Shown piece by piece: positions 1 through 19,815 of a stretch of DNA of 64,000 bases; positions within the stretch are counted from its first letter, which is position 1, and the number at the start of each line of letters is the position of its first letter. The position numbers and the translations under genes were made by a program. The notes below the pieces were generated by a model. That model was not told the origin of the DNA. It saw only the letters and a list, made by a program, of their open reading frames with translations, and made no database searches. Source of the stretch: the human T2T-CHM13v2.0 reference genome, Homo sapiens; the NCBI RefSeq assembly GCF_009914755.1, contig NC_060940.1. One strand, written 5' to 3'.

Positions 1-1000
1 CTTATTAAAACCCAGTCAGGTCTCACCCCCTTACAACGGCTCCTTATCACATTTGGAATGCAATCTAAATCCTTTCCCAAGCTCACAAAGTAGGGCACTG
101 TTGCTGCCCCTCTGACCATGTCTCCTTCCCTCCTCCCATCATCTATTGCACTTCATGCTCTGGCTGTCTTCTAGGCCTTCAAACATGCCCAGTTCATTTC
201 TTCCAGAGGTCTCTATACTAGCGATTCTCTCTGCCTGAATTGCTTCTCCCCCAGGTCTCCCTTGCCACTCAGATCTCATTCAGCTCTCAGCTCAAATGCC
301 TCCTCCTTCAAATGGTCATCCTTGACCCCTGATCTTCTTCCCTGGTCATCTGAAGTCACACCTCCCTTGTTTTATTTCCTTATATCCCTAATCACTATCC
401 GGAATTATTTTGTATCTCAGATCGGATTCTCTAGAAGTAGAGCCTGAGGATTCTTGTGCAATTAATTGGCTTACTAAGGGAATGCTCTCAACAGAAACCC
501 ATAAGGGGCTGAGGGAGGTAGGACAGGACATGAGAAAAGCCAGGCAAAGATGTAGTTCAGATGACGTCCAGCCTCCTTTCTCCTTCTGGGAGCTCTGGCG
601 CATAAAGGGCTCCACAGAGTCTGTCCTGCCTTGTGAAAGGGAGCTTGTCTGTTGTATTCTTGCATCAGTGAGTCACTCAACTGAGGGCTGCCTGGAGTCC
701 AGGACAAAAACTTTGAGGCAACCCCAATTGTCCAACGGCACACCTTTGCACAAGGATATAAATGTGAGCTGTTGGGCAAAACTGGGGGAAGAATACACCA
801 ACCAAGAGGCTCTGAGTAGGATGCCCACTACACCCACATTATCCTGCTCATTCACCCGTTTCATTGATTTATGTCTGTCTACCCTGCTAGACTTTAAGTT
901 CCATGAAGGCAAGAATTTCATCTGCCTTATTTGCTGTGTGCTACTACTTAGCACGTAATAGGCACTCAGTAAATACTGGTTGAATGTTCAAAGAATGAAT
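1..1000 (+). mobile_element. L2 LINE 3' region, interrupted at ~410-835 by an old ERVL-type LTR
   Basis: Typical L2 3' motifs: cagctcaaatgcctcctcc near 288 and ctagactttaagttccatgaaggcaag...gcactcagtaaatactggttgaatg at 887-987. Confidence 0.7.
410..835 (-). mobile_element. Old ERVL-class solo LTR (LTR33/LTR16-like)
   Basis: Begins tgtatctcagatcggattctctagaagtagagcctgag, ends near ccactaca; splits the L2; family recalled, not computed. Confidence 0.45.
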
Positions 1001-1589
1001 TAATAAGCTAAGGCACTTTACTTACTCTAGCCGCATAATTCTTACCATCACCCTGGGAGTCAGGACCTTCAAAGCTGACTTCTTTCCAGGCTTAGATCCA
1101 AGCATGTCCATCTGAGAGACAATTAACCAGACGGTCTAGATAAAAATAAATTATGAGAGCAAACTTCACTTCAGCCTCTACCTCGAGTCTTTCTCCCTAT
1201 TCCCCACAACTTCTTCCCATATATACATGGAGATTTTCTTTTGTCTTTTGAAATGTTTGTTCCCCAAACTCCAGACCATGAGACCAAAGAATCATGAAGA
1301 ATTAGTGCAGGGATTGTTTTTCTTGATGCTTCATTTTGTTTCCATGCATGTTAAGAATATTTTAAAATAAACAGTAGTTGTTATTCACACAGCTAATCAG
1401 GACTGTATGTGTAGGTGCTAACAGGATGGGCTACTATGCATTAAGGTTATATAGTGTTTTAATATTACAAATGACATGGAATTTATTATCTGGACAAGAG
1501 GAATGTTTGAGATTTTTTTTTTACCCCCCATTCCCTGCCAGGGACTTGTCAGTCATCTTAAGATGAAATGGTTTAAGATCTCATTCTTC

Positions 1590-1710
1590 TAGGGGTGATT
1601 TGTGCACCAGCAGCTTAAGCACCCTGGAAGCATGTTAGAAATTTAGTATCTTGGTCCCATTCCAGGCCTGCTAAGCCAGAATCTGCATTTTAACCTGATC
1701 CCCAGGTTGG
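1590..1710. mobile_element. MER5A-like hAT-Charlie relic
   Basis: gttagaaatttagtatcttggtcccattccaggcctgctaagccagaatctgcattttaac motif. Confidence 0.6.
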
Positions 1711-1927
1711 AGATAGGTTGCCTTCAGACATTTGCTATTGTCTTTTCTATGTCCTATTTGCTTCAGTCTTTCCTATTGTCCTTCCTTTGGGGAAGCTGAC
1801 TGTTTCAGAACATCCCTGTTAATTCCTTATATTCCCCTTCCCTGGAGTCCTGGAAGACCGTAAGGAATTAGATCCCTCTTTTGTCTGTAAAAGTTGGCCA
1901 ACTTGGGATCTTCAAAAGTGAGATAGA

Positions 1928-2227
<300 letters not shown>

Positions 2228-3074
2228 TTACTTGTCTTGCATCCAGCTTTGTAGAAAGGGTTAGCATAAAGAATATAAGATTCTGAAAAGAAGGGCATCA
2301 ACAGATCTCACTGCTTCTACCCTTTTCTTGATCTTTAGGATGATAAATTTTTCCACGAGCATATGGACTCTATCTTTGTCTTTTTTAGGAGACCATCCAG
2401 AGGCCAGTTGCCCGGAGACAAATTGTAAGTCTTTATGATCAGAAAGAATAGGGGTAGATGGCTGTCACTGAGTGATTCACAGGCCAGAGTCCAAATCAAT
2501 CATCGATGTCAGTACTTTCAAACCCAGGAAGAACATCCAGATGGCCTGCACAATGGATTGAAAAGTTTCCCTTGCCTTAGGGATGCAGATTCAGCATCTC
2601 AGAGCAAAGCCTTGAAATATGAATTTTTAAAGAAGTTCTGCAGTCAACTTGGGAACGAATGAGTTTAGTAATTACTGTAAACCAAAATTTTCCAAACTTC
2701 ATTGATGATTAAAAAAGAAAAACACATGGGATGCTTATTTTAAATGCTAATTCCCGAGTTTCTCTTTTGGAGGGTCTAATTCAGAAGGACCCAAGAATCT
2801 GTAAATTACCCAACCATTACTTCTTGTAGGAAAAAGGCTCTACGCTTTACCACCAGCTTGTTTTGCGCTCCTTGGGAATGTCACTCAAGCGCTCCTAGGC
2901 CTAATTTCTTCATCTGAATGCTGGATATGAAAATATCCATTTCACAAGGTTCATGTAAAATACTACCGAGTTAATCTATGGAGACACGGTTTGTAATTCT
3001 ATCAAGTGCTATACGCAGGCATAAGAAATTCCAATTTTCAACTGGCTTCATTGTAATGTGTCTTTCCTTGTATC

Positions 3075-3171
3075 TAGGACCAATTAAATAATTTGCAGTA
3101 AATGGAAACGTGGGGGCTCCTTGTTAAATATTTATTAAGAATTTGAAAATGGAGACAGCAGAGTGTTAAAC
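3075..3171 (-). mobile_element. MER45A-like hAT-Tip100 fragment cut off by the LTR at 3172
   Basis: ttattaagaatttgaaaatggagacagcagagtgttaaac matches recalled MER45A; the other half is not found downstream. Confidence 0.6.
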
Positions 3172-5975
<2,804 letters not shown>

Positions 5976-6034
5976 ACCAAGGCTCAAAGAAGTAATTCTG
6001 GGAAGTAGGAGGCCAACATAATAGAGGTGTGTAG

Positions 6035-7127
<1,093 letters not shown>

Positions 7128-7253
7128 TTAACAGAGGGAGACTTGTGAGAAAGAGATAAGCCCTCCCCAGACAGAGGGATGAGCAATACGAAAGACATAA
7201 AATTCAAATTGCGTTTCAAAAAATTGCAGGCAGTGGGACAATGGATGCAAGAT

Positions 7254-7256
<3 letters not shown>

Positions 7257-7300
<44 letters not shown>
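7257..7300. repeat. (GT)22 microsatellite
   Basis: Direct reading. Confidence 0.97.
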
Positions 7301-7303
<3 letters not shown>

Positions 7304-7306
7304 AGG

Positions 7307-7967
7307 TACAAAAGGAAAATAAATCTTGTGGCCCCCAAATCACTAAACCAAGGGAAAAATCAGGCTGGAAACTGTCAGGCAAACCTGCCTCCCATTTTAT
7401 TCCTAAATAAGATAGCTAGAAATATAAAAGAGCTACATACCTCCCTTACAATTTGTCCACAAGGAAATTCCTTGTGGGCCTCAAGATCTTTATCCTAAGA
7501 CATTTCTGTTGAATTTCACCCTGGCAATGTAAATTGATGGCTGATCTTCCCAGGTGCAGGACAGAAAGTCATGCCTCTGCACACCTAAGACAAATGCATA
7601 TCTGATTGCTTCCTCTGCCCTGTTGTTTATGTAAAAATGCAGATTCACTGACTAAATTGCATATTCAGTGAAAGGCTGATCAAGGACTTAAAAGAATGCA
7701 TCCGTTTGTCTCTTATCTACCTATGACTTGGAAGCCCCTCCCCTTCCAATTGTCCCGCCTATCTTATCGGACCAAACCACTGTACACCTTGCACATATCG
7801 ATTGACGTCTCACGTCTCCCTAAAATGTATAAAAGCAAGCTGTACCCTGACCACCTTGGGCACATGTTGTCAGGACATCCTGAGGCTGTGTCACAGTGTA
7901 TCCCTAACCTCAGCAAAATAAACTTTCTGAATTGATTGAGACCTGCCTCAGATATTTTAGTTTCACA
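7307..7967 (+). mobile_element. MER4A-family ERV1 solo LTR
   Basis: aaaggaaaataaatcttgtggcccccaaatcacta start; TATAAAA near 7828, AATAAA near 7917, ends ttcaca; TSD aagg. Confidence 0.85.
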
Positions 7968-9446
7968 AAGGTAAGACTGCAGTGGAAAAAAACAGATACC
8001 AGGGGTCCAGATGGACTGGGGCTAAAATCTCAGCTCAACTCAGCCTTCTCTTGGCTGGGCTCCACATTGCCTTGTTGATCAGCTGTCTCTTTTCTGTAAG
8101 ACTACCTCCTCTGTTCTCTGTTCTCTGAGATTCCTTCACCCTCAGGCCCTCCCATATTTTGCAGAGCAATCTAGACTTGGGCCTATCTTCATATTCATAA
8201 ACACAAAAAATATCTCTGTTAAGGCCAACTCTCAAATATCCTGAGCTTCAGCCTCCAAGCAGCACAGAATTTCAAGTAGAAACTTTCACACTTCAAACTC
8301 TTCCTTTTCTCTTCTACACCAGCCTGTCTACATGAAAGAGATTTCTTTTACCCTTCCTATAACATAAATAGTCTCCCCATCCCCCTTCCCCAGGAGGCAA
8401 ATTGTCAATAGTCTGGGTTTGTAGGAATCAGAGTCTTTTTTTTTTCAATATGACGACCCAAGACTATTTTGCTGAATCCTTATTGCACCCCTGTGAGCTA
8501 GGTATTGTTATCCTGTTTCTTAGAAGAGAAAACTGAAGCCCATGATCACATAGTACGTAAATGACAGGGCTGGAACTAAAACTCAGGGCTGCCTGAGTCC
8601 AAGAATAAAATAGTTCTTGCCCAACAGCAATGAGAAATAGAAGAGTGACATGTCTATCTCATAATCAAGAGATTAAAGGCTCATATTTTAAGACAATTGA
8701 AGGTTCAAAAACACTGCAGAGAATGGATTATTCCCCTCTCCTTCCACTGTAGCCATATTAAATATTAATTCCTTTTGTCTTTGCAGATACAGAAGTTGAC
8801 TAAGACACACATCATGAAAAATGCAAGGTGAAGTTTCACTTTAATTTCAGCTTTTGTATTGGAAATGCATTTGGATGACTTTCTTCCCTACTGCTGGGAT
8901 TGAACATTTGATCTTCTTTGCCCTTGGTCGGTGTCGACCAGAAGAACGTGGGTGTCTGCGAGGTAGCAAGAGATCAAGGACAAGTTCCCATCAGGAGCCT
9001 GACAATCCCAGCTCCAGGTGTCAACAAACATTGTGTTTTAAATATTTTTAGGAGACAAGAGGACCTGAAAAGGAGTCCTTTCTGGCCGGGGGTTATCTAG
9101 GTCTTGGGAGAGGTGTCAGGAGGGATAGCTGGGGCCGCTGGCGTCAAAGGACCCAACAGGACAAAGGAGGGCCACTGGTGGCAAGCTCCTGAAAGGCCTG
9201 TTTGTTTTTTGTTTTGTTTTCAGTGCTGATTTCCACTATCTCTGTTGGGTCTATAAAAATAATAACTTTTACAGCTTTTATTTCTTGAAAGAAATACATA
9301 TTCACGGCAGGATGTTTCAAAGATGTAGGCATGCAAAAAGAAGATAAAAATTAACTATAATCCAAGAAATGCCCAAGGATGATAAACACCCAAGTTACAG
9401 TAGTGTTTATCCCTAAGGGAAAGGGGAGGGAATGGGAATGGGAATG

Positions 9447-9952
<506 letters not shown>

Positions 9953-9999
9953 AAGAATAAGTGTTTTAAAGTCATCCATTTTACTCATCATGGAAAACT

Positions 10000-10105
10000 C
10001 AGTGCCTGGCACAGCCTCTGCTATATAGTAGATACTTAATATATATTTCTTGAATGAATGAATGAATGAATGAATGAATGAATGAGTGAATGAATGAATG
10101 AATGA
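10000..10105 (+). repeat. L2 3' tail expanded into (GAAT)n
   Basis: cagtgcctggcacag followed by a long tgaa array at 10051-10105. Confidence 0.8.
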
Positions 10106-10783
10106 CTTGACTGTGCGTTACTTCTGAGCTTCACTTTTCCCTCTTCTGGAAAACAGGGCTGGCAGTGTGTATCTTCCAAATTATCGTGAGAATTAGATTT
10201 CTATACTAGTTTCTATAGGATGTCTCACTGGGTACTCATTTGAGCATGGTTGACAGGTGAAAAATGGGCCTCACTGGCATGATTATTTTACTCCTCAAAC
10301 ATCCCTGGTCTTAGTTTATAAAGAGAAGTACCCACTTGTGTTACTATATTTTAAACATTTTTCTCTGCTTTTTTCAATGCAGGTGCGAATGGGAACACAG
10401 GGATATTCATTTTAATATAATTCCTTTGAACCTTAAAATGTGTACGATAGAAAACAGGGTGACATATATAATTTTACCTTTTCTTCCATCTAACTACTGT
10501 TTACAAATGTTGGTTGCTATGATTTAGCTCAGAAAACCTTTTCAAGGCTCAAGCAGTTAATTACAGCTGCCTTTGGGGCTGTGGAACCTGCTTCACAGAG
10601 ATCAATAGCTTTGACTAGACTGGGAGGGAATAATTGTCACTCAGGCAGGAACAGCTGAATGTGAGTAACCCTAGGAACCAGTGTCTCTATAAGTCACATG
10701 CCTCAGTCCACGTTCCATTTGCAATAGCTTTAAAGAACCATAGTCCATACAAAAACACCCCTTATTTCCCAAAGGAAGATGGG

Positions 10784-11276
10784 TGTATTAGTCAGGGTTC
10801 TTCAGAGAAAGATAAATAATAGAAGATATATTTTAAAAAGATTTATTATAAGGTAGTTCAGGGGATTACGGAGGCTGGGAAGTCCCATAACCAGCTCTCT
10901 GTAACAGAAGACCCAGAAAGCCCATGGTATAGTTCCAACACCTGAGAGGCAGAAAGCCAATGGTATAGATTCCAGTCCCTGTTTGTCTGCCTGAGAACCA
11001 GGGGCATTGAGGGCAAGAGAAGACCGAAGTATCAGCTCAAGCAGTCAGGCAAAGATGGCTAATCCGCCCTTCATGTTTTTGTTCTATTCAAGCCCTCAAT
11101 GGATTGGACAACACCCACCCACATTGGTGACGACAGAGCTTCTTTACTCAGTCTACCAAATCAAATGTTAATCTCATCCAGAAACACCCTCCCAGACACA
11201 TCCAGAAATAATGCTTAACCAGATATCTAGGCATTCCATGACCCAGTCAAGTTGACACATAAAATTAACCATCACA
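10784..11276 (-). mobile_element. MLT2 (ERVL) solo LTR
   Basis: tgtattagtcagggttcttcagaga ... gttgacacataaaattaaccatcaca termini. Confidence 0.85.
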
Positions 11277-11309
11277 CCTAGCCTCCAATCTAAGGTGGAG
11301 GGGAGATAC

Positions 11310-12300
11310 GTCTATTTGACCCAAAAATATTTATTGAGCACCTAATATATGCCAAGCGAAGCGATGTACTGGGCTCTGAGCAAGAATATAGTGGTGAACA
11401 AGAGATAAGATCCTTGCTCTCAAGCAACTGCCATCTTTATAGAAGAAAACAGAAGATAAACAAAGAAGAAGGAGAAAACAAAAAAATAGAGAAGAGTGGT
11501 TTTTTTCAATTATATTAAAATAGCATGAAATAGATAGTGGTTACTTGCTAATGATGAGAAAGCGAAATTTAATCTATGATCTGAATGACAAGAAGAAATC
11601 AGCTACACAAAATGCTGAAAGCATTCCAGGAAGAGAGCACAGCTCATGCAAAAGGCCCTGAGGTAGGAATTTTAGATTTTAGAAACTTATTAAGTAAGTG
11701 GAACAGTGGAAATAAAAACAGTCAGGAGGTAGAGATTCACCTTGCAAGGCATGGTAACGAGTTTTCATTTTATTCTAGGGGATACAGGAAGTCATTGGAG
11801 GGTTTTAAGCAATTGGATAATATTGGTGTGATTTATGGGGTTTTTTTTGAGACGGAGTCTTGCTCTGTCGCCCAGGCTGGTGTTGCAGTGGCATGATCTC
11901 TGCTCCGCCTCCCAGGTTCAAGTGATTCTCCTGTCTCTGCCTCCTGAGTAGCTGGGATTATAGGCACGCACCACTACGCCCAGCTAATTTTTGTATTTTT
12001 AGTAGAGACAGGGTTTCACCATGTTGGTCAGGCTGGTCTTGAACTCCTGACCTAGTGATCCACCTGCCTCAGCCTCCCAAAGTGCTGGGATTACAAGTGT
12101 GAGCCACCGCTCCTGGCCGATTTATGTCTTTTAAAAAATCACTCCGGCTTCTATGTGTGTGAAAGATATACTACAGGAGATGGGTGCAAAAGTAGTGAAA
12201 TCATTCAGGAGGCTGTTGCAATAATCTCAATGAGACGTCATGGTGGTTTGGACAAGGGTGAGCTCAGCAGAGATGGGAAGAAGGAGACATAGTATAGTCC
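11310..12300 (-). mobile_element. L2 fragment interrupted by an Alu
   Basis: aaatatttattgagcacctaatatatgcca; gcaaaggccctgaggtagga; ggaagtcattggagggttttaagca. Confidence 0.7.
11841..12118 (-). mobile_element. AluS
   Basis: Antisense Alu dimer with a small deletion. Confidence 0.93.
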
Positions 12301-12826
12301 AAATTTGTTTTGAAAACCCTGGCTGCTGATGGAGATGATTTAGGAATAGTGCCCAGGTTTTTCTTTTTCTGCAAAGAAAATAATTTTTGTGGCATACTTT
12401 TAACTATCATTGGCCCTTCCCCACCTCATAATGACCAAAGTGAACTTTTTTTTTTAATATACCTGTATGAAGATAGTTCTAGTACTAAGATTTCTTATTT
12501 GCTCCATGCTTCCTGCCTCTCTGATTTCCTGGATCTTTTCTCTGACTTTAACTGCTTTTTGCCCCTCCTTCCCTCCAGTTCCTTCTCTCTGATCAGTTTT
12601 CTGCTCTGCATGTTTCCCTAATTTGGGCCCCTTCCTGCTAACTGGAATGCAGTCTTGATGGCTGGACATCAAGCAGCCATGTTAAATAATGAGGTGGAAG
12701 CCATTGCTGAGAATGATGGTGTAGAAAGACAAAGAGTTATGTTGATGAAGCATCCTTCACAGCTGTAGATGGCCTGCCACTGGACAGTTTCATGAAAGTG
12801 AGAATTGAACTTCTATCTTGTTTTAA

Positions 12827-13208
<382 letters not shown>

Positions 13209-13724
13209 GGAATGGTGAGCTTCCTGCCTGTGTTTCTTCATGTCATAAACAATTATTTGCTTCCTTGTTTGAGCAGTAACTTGGCACTTCAATTCATTTC
13301 AGATTTATCACTTTTTTAAAGGCTTTGCTCACGTATCTTACTATGTATCCTTTGAAAGGAAGCATTTCTTCTTATCACTTCTGGCTCATTCCCATGACAA
13401 GCACAGTCCCCCTCAAACCAAGGAGAAAATAAATGTTTGCAGAATGAATAAATGAATTCAGTCATCAACTGTCATCTCTTGATTGAGCTCCCTAACTAGA
13501 AGAAGGGGTTTCATGTACTGCAGCTTGAATCCTATTGTAACAAGCACTAGTATATTTTAAACAACTGCATATCTTAAAGAGATGTTCTAATTCCTACCAG
13601 TAGTCAGCTATCAAAAAACAAACATACATTTATGGAGTGACCATGACATGCTCAGACCTAAGAATCCATATAAATCATAGGAAAACCCTGTACACAAAGG
13701 GCTTAGAGTCAGTTGTGGTATAAT

Positions 13725-13866
13725 TTTTTTTTAATTTATAGATGGAATCTTGTCGTGTTATCCAGGCTGGGGTGCAGTGGCTGATCACAGGTGCAATCAT
13801 AGCTCACTGCAGCCTCGAATTCCTGGAATCAAGCGATCCTCCCACCTCAATCTCCCAAGCAGCTGA
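13725..13866 (-). mobile_element. AluJ/FLAM-type monomer
   Basis: gcagtggctgatcacaggtgcaatcatagctcactgcagcctcgaattcctgg. Confidence 0.8.
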
Positions 13867-15150
13867 GATATATGTTTACACAAAGAGAGAAAGGAAAATA
13901 AATCCTGCAGGAGGTTTAGCAATAACATAAAATCATTGGTTGATTTGGACAGAAAAGTTCAAACCTCTCACCTCCCCCAGAGTCTCTGCCCAGGCTCTGC
14001 AGAGAAAGATGGCTCAGAAGAGATGGGGTGCATATTATTGTCCTTTTCTTCCTTTCATGGATCATCATCTTAAGACTCACCTATTTAATAATCTGCCTGC
14101 AGGCCTTGGACACTGTCTTAGCCTTTGGAGAAACAAAATAAAGGCAGGGAAAGATGAAAGACAGGTGTTACTCCTTTCAGGTATGTGAAATTCAAGAGGT
14201 TTGGGACAGAGATGTCAAGGTCAGAGTTTATTTAAATGAATATAGCCACCAAACAAGTCTGAATTGGAAACCTCTCCATCTGTCTGACATTATGAGGGGT
14301 GAGAATCTGTTGGATAAAGGAGGGAAGGCTGTAAATGCATTTATCCAGTGGTCCTGATGGTGTTCACCTGGGCAGTTAAGGAGTGGAAGAGCGTTGGTAG
14401 CAGGAGACTGTTGGAGAAAGCCTCTCACGGTCGTGCTTGGTCCAATAACACCTCCTAAGATTTTGCCAGGCAACTGGTCTCTTTTTTAGCTTATGTTACC
14501 CCAGGGTCCTGTGGGCATAGCAACTGAGTGAGTCTTAATCCAATATGTTGGATAATGTGTCTGAAACATATTATAGATCAGTAATCAACGCTGGGACAAA
14601 ATGAACTGAGACTTGCCCCTGGAAATATCAAAGAAGGAATAATAAAGTGCATGTGCGTGTGTGCGCACATGTGCACGCGTGCACACGTGCATGCGTGTAT
14701 GTCTGTATAATGTATATATAAAGAACATATATGCAATATGCAATGTATATATGCATATACATATATATAGCGAGAGAGAATAAGACTTACTCTAAAATCA
14801 AAATGCAATATCCCTCAAAGGCCTACATTTGGAAAGCCCTTTTGCATTTTTTTCAGATGCCTGAATTAAGACATTTTTCTGTGTGCCACTAACTAGGGGA
14901 GAAAAAATTCTAAGACATCACAGTCAGAGACAGGAAGAAACAGAGGTAGAACAGGAGAGATGAAGTGAGAGAAAAGAGAGAGAGAAATTACAGATGACAC
15001 TACTGTTGCCTATAACTATATGAAAGGCCATTGTAATATATCATAGAGTCATGGATCTCATGTCCCAGTTCACAGAAAGAAGAGACTCATGAATTTGGTC
15101 CATAAGAAATTCATTGCAATTAATACTAAGCAATGGTTTGGAATTAATTA

Positions 15151-15188
15151 GATGTGAGCCTTTCAAACAATAGTACTTCTGTGTGTGT

Positions 15189-15237
<49 letters not shown>

Positions 15238-15422
15238 GGATTTTTTGGACTTTCTTTTCAATCTTAGAGCAAAGTTCTTCTATGGGAACTAGCCTAAAAT
15301 GTACACACACACACACACACACTCACATACATACAAACACATACATACACAAACATACACATACACACACTCACATACACAGGTACACACACAGAAGTAC
15401 AATTGTTTGAAAGGCGCACATC
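15151..15422. repeat. Inverted repeat: 39-bp outer arms plus (TG)n/(CA)n inner arms
   Basis: 15151-15189 versus reverse complement of 15384-15422: 37/39 identical. Confidence 0.92.
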
Positions 15423-16597
15423 AGTTCCCCACCTTCTCCTATGCCATAATTGCTTCACTCTCTCCACGTGGTAGCCCCTTTCCCCTGGAAGATCACTGCC
15501 CCACAACTCGGGAATGCCTTTCTTGTTTGCCAGCCTAAGGAAAAAATTACTCTTTGCTCCCCCAGGGAAGATGTTAAAACTGAAAACCCGACTCTGAGTC
15601 TCATAGTCAGTTCAGAGCAGCAGTGCTGTTGACCTTGAGGGGTGACCACCTTCAATGTCACAGATTTGCTTATAGCATGTAGCAGGGCAGAAGAGACAGG
15701 TGGCATTAAGGAGAGCGTCAGATGGTGATGGCAATGCCAAATTCCGTACTGACGCTTGCGAGCATAGGATGTTGTTAAAAGATACATGAGTTAAAACTGA
15801 TTCTGCAACTCACACGAACTGATTGAAAATATGCATTGAGAAGCATGCGTGCTCTCTTTATAGACTGCAATTGTCTTGTTCATTTATTTATCTTTCTCCC
15901 CTCCCACCAATTAGAATGTTGGCTCCAAAAGGGCAGGGTACTGGTCTGCCTTCTTCACTGCTATAGCTGCCACTGCCTGACACATAGCAGGTACATCATA
16001 AATGATGCCAGGAAAACACCAGAAGGAAATAAATCAGGAATTAATAGTGGTTACTCTGGAGAGAGATTATGCGATGGTTAATATTCTTTACATATTTTTG
16101 TCTTTTCAACTTTTCTGAATAATTTTTTTTCTAATTAGAAAAAAAGGAATGAATATGGCTTGGGCAAAATTCAAGTCATCACAAACATTGACATTAGTTA
16201 GGAAATTAATGCACATTCTTGGTCTGATGGTATATTGATGGCAATGATCTTATACATTCCTGTTTTTCATTTATTCATTCTCTCAATCATTCATTCAACA
16301 AATATTTATTGCACGCAGCCATGCATTGCCCCTTGTACCAGCAATGAAGAAGCTGTTAAAGGATTATTTTCAAATTTTCAGAAAAGATAAAATCATGATT
16401 GTCATACAGATGTAAAGTGAAAACATGTTAAACAATTTATTTAACTTATTAATAAATGAACTGGCAACACTTTAGCACCAGTTCAAAGGAGAATGCAAAT
16501 ATTAGACACAAGTATAGGGGAGGAATATTGAAATGAAAACCACCTTTGCAAAAATTATGACAGTGAGAAATATCTGAAAGAGAAAAATTATGATGAT

Positions 16598-16961
16598 TGA
16601 TATGGTTTGGCTATGTGCCCCCACCCAAACCTCATCTCGAGTTGTAATCTCTAAGTGTGGAGGGAGGAACCTGGTGAGAGGTGATTGGATCGTGGGGCGG
16701 TTCCCCCCATGCTTTTCTAATAGTGAAGGAGTTCTCACAAGATCTGATGGTTGATAAGTGGCAGTTTCTTCTGCTCTCTCTCTCTCTCTCGCCTGCCACC
16801 CTGTAAGATGTGTGTTGCCTCCCCTTCACCTCCAGCCATGATTGTAAGTTTCCTGAGGCTTCCCAAGCCATGTGGAACTATGAGTCAATTAAACCTCTTT
16901 TCCTCATAAATTACCCAGTCTCAGGCAATTCTTTATAGCAGTGTGAAAACGGACTAATACA
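16598..16961 (+). mobile_element. MST/THE1-group MaLR LTR
   Basis: tgatatggtttggct ... ggactaataca; 5-bp TSD atgat. Confidence 0.9.
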
Positions 16962-17159
16962 ATGATGAAAGAAACCTAACCTAACTAACTCCATCTTGCC
17001 TTTAACCTCCAAGCTGCCCTTCTTTATTCCTGGGCATAGGGTATCTAACTTTGGGAGGAATTTAGGTTATAGTTTAACTTTAAAACAAAGGTAATTACAG
17101 CTTCTCCCTGAAACAAACCTTCTTGCTTGGGGACCAGACTGCCTTTGTAAGACTAATAA

Positions 17160-17791
<632 letters not shown>

Positions 17792-18643
17792 TAGCCCCCT
17801 GCCTGCCAAACTATCTTTAAAAAACCCGAGTCTCCAAATTATCAGGGAGGCTGATTTGAGTAATAATAAAACTCCAGTCTCCTGTTTATTCCACTCTACA
17901 CATATTAAACTCTTCATTGCATTTCCCTTGTCTCAATAAATAGGCTCTATCTGGGCAGCCGGCAAGAAGAACCCTGGGACAGTTACAAGTTGAATATGCA
18001 ACTGGGGACAAAACTGGCCTCTTCTACAGTGGGGAACCTCCACTGTACAGAATTGAACCTCTACTCCACCAAATTTTTTCATGTCTACAGTCAGGAATTA
18101 TTTTCCTTTGCTATCAGTTATCTACGACTTAGAGAGTTGTCAAATGGCTTGACACATTGAAGGGCTAGCATTCAATCACCTAGAAGAGCACGCTTTAGAC
18201 AATGGATAATTTTCCATTGAAGCACAATTTTTTTCTTTAACTAGAAAGATAATTAAGATATAGTCTCTGACTTCTCATGTGGTAGCTGGGAAAACTGGCT
18301 TAAACAAAAGACCTGTCTTTCTCTGGACAGGAAGAGAATCAATCCTGGTGCCGCTCCTCTTCTGTTTAGAAGGTCACTGTGAAAGAAACTCCTATTTAAA
18401 GAATGGCTCTTGTCCAAAGAAATGGGGAAAAAATGTATAATTTGTTTATAAAGAGCACTTTAAATCTTTTTGCTTTAACAATTTTTATTAGAAATTAATA
18501 AACCAATAAGTACTCATAAAATAAAATGCAAATCATAAAGAAATATATGGAAAGAAAAGAAAAAAGCATCCTTGACCGCCTCCCTTCTACCAATCCTATT
18601 TTCTCACCCATTGGCAACGCTACTAGTAAAAACCAATAATGCA

Positions 18644-19096
<453 letters not shown>

Positions 19097-19760
19097 TTAG
19101 AACACTCTGCATTTGAAAGGCACAAGAATGCTAGGAGTTCAAGGCTGGCAAATGAAGAGGATAGGAGACATCCAGGGAGGTGGGGAAGATGGAGAAAGCT
19201 AAATCTTCAGCACAGATAGAGCTAGTAAGAAATTCCCAGTGCCAGGAAATGTTTGATGAATTGTTGGGATAACGATGTCTAATATTTCATCACAAGTTCT
19301 TGCCTACTTGGCTTCATGTGTCACCTCCAACTATTAGCAAAAATTATCTAGTTAAATAAGTAAATAAATATCTGCTAGACAGGACACGCTGTGTCAGTCA
19401 GCAGTACTTTGAAGACCATTCCAGTCTGGGTCAGGGGAGTGGAGAGAAGAGAGCAGTTTGTAGGAGGTAAGAAGCAAGAGGTAAGAAATTCATCCAAGGC
19501 AGTGACTCAAAGCAAGAGACAACCAGGAGAGTGTAAGCTCCTCCCACCCCAGGTTCTGGGAAAAATCCCTGCAGATACAGGACAAAGGTACTGGATTTCC
19601 AGCCACCTATTGGATTGGAGCTCTATACATTTTTTTTTCTTTTTAAAAAATTTATTTTTGTATTGTATGTATTAAAGGTGTACAACATGTTTTGATGTAC
19701 ATATACATGGTGAAATAGGTACTACATCAAGCCAATTAATATATCCATCATCTCAAACAG

Positions 19761-19765
<5 letters not shown>

Positions 19766-19813
<48 letters not shown>
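19766..19813. repeat. (TG)n microsatellite within an L1MA 3' fragment
   Basis: Direct reading. Confidence 0.95.

Positions 19814-19815
<2 letters not shown>

Noticed and set aside
410-958. 182-aa ORF
   Set aside because: Non-ATG start, lies in LTR and L2 sequence, no recognisable domain
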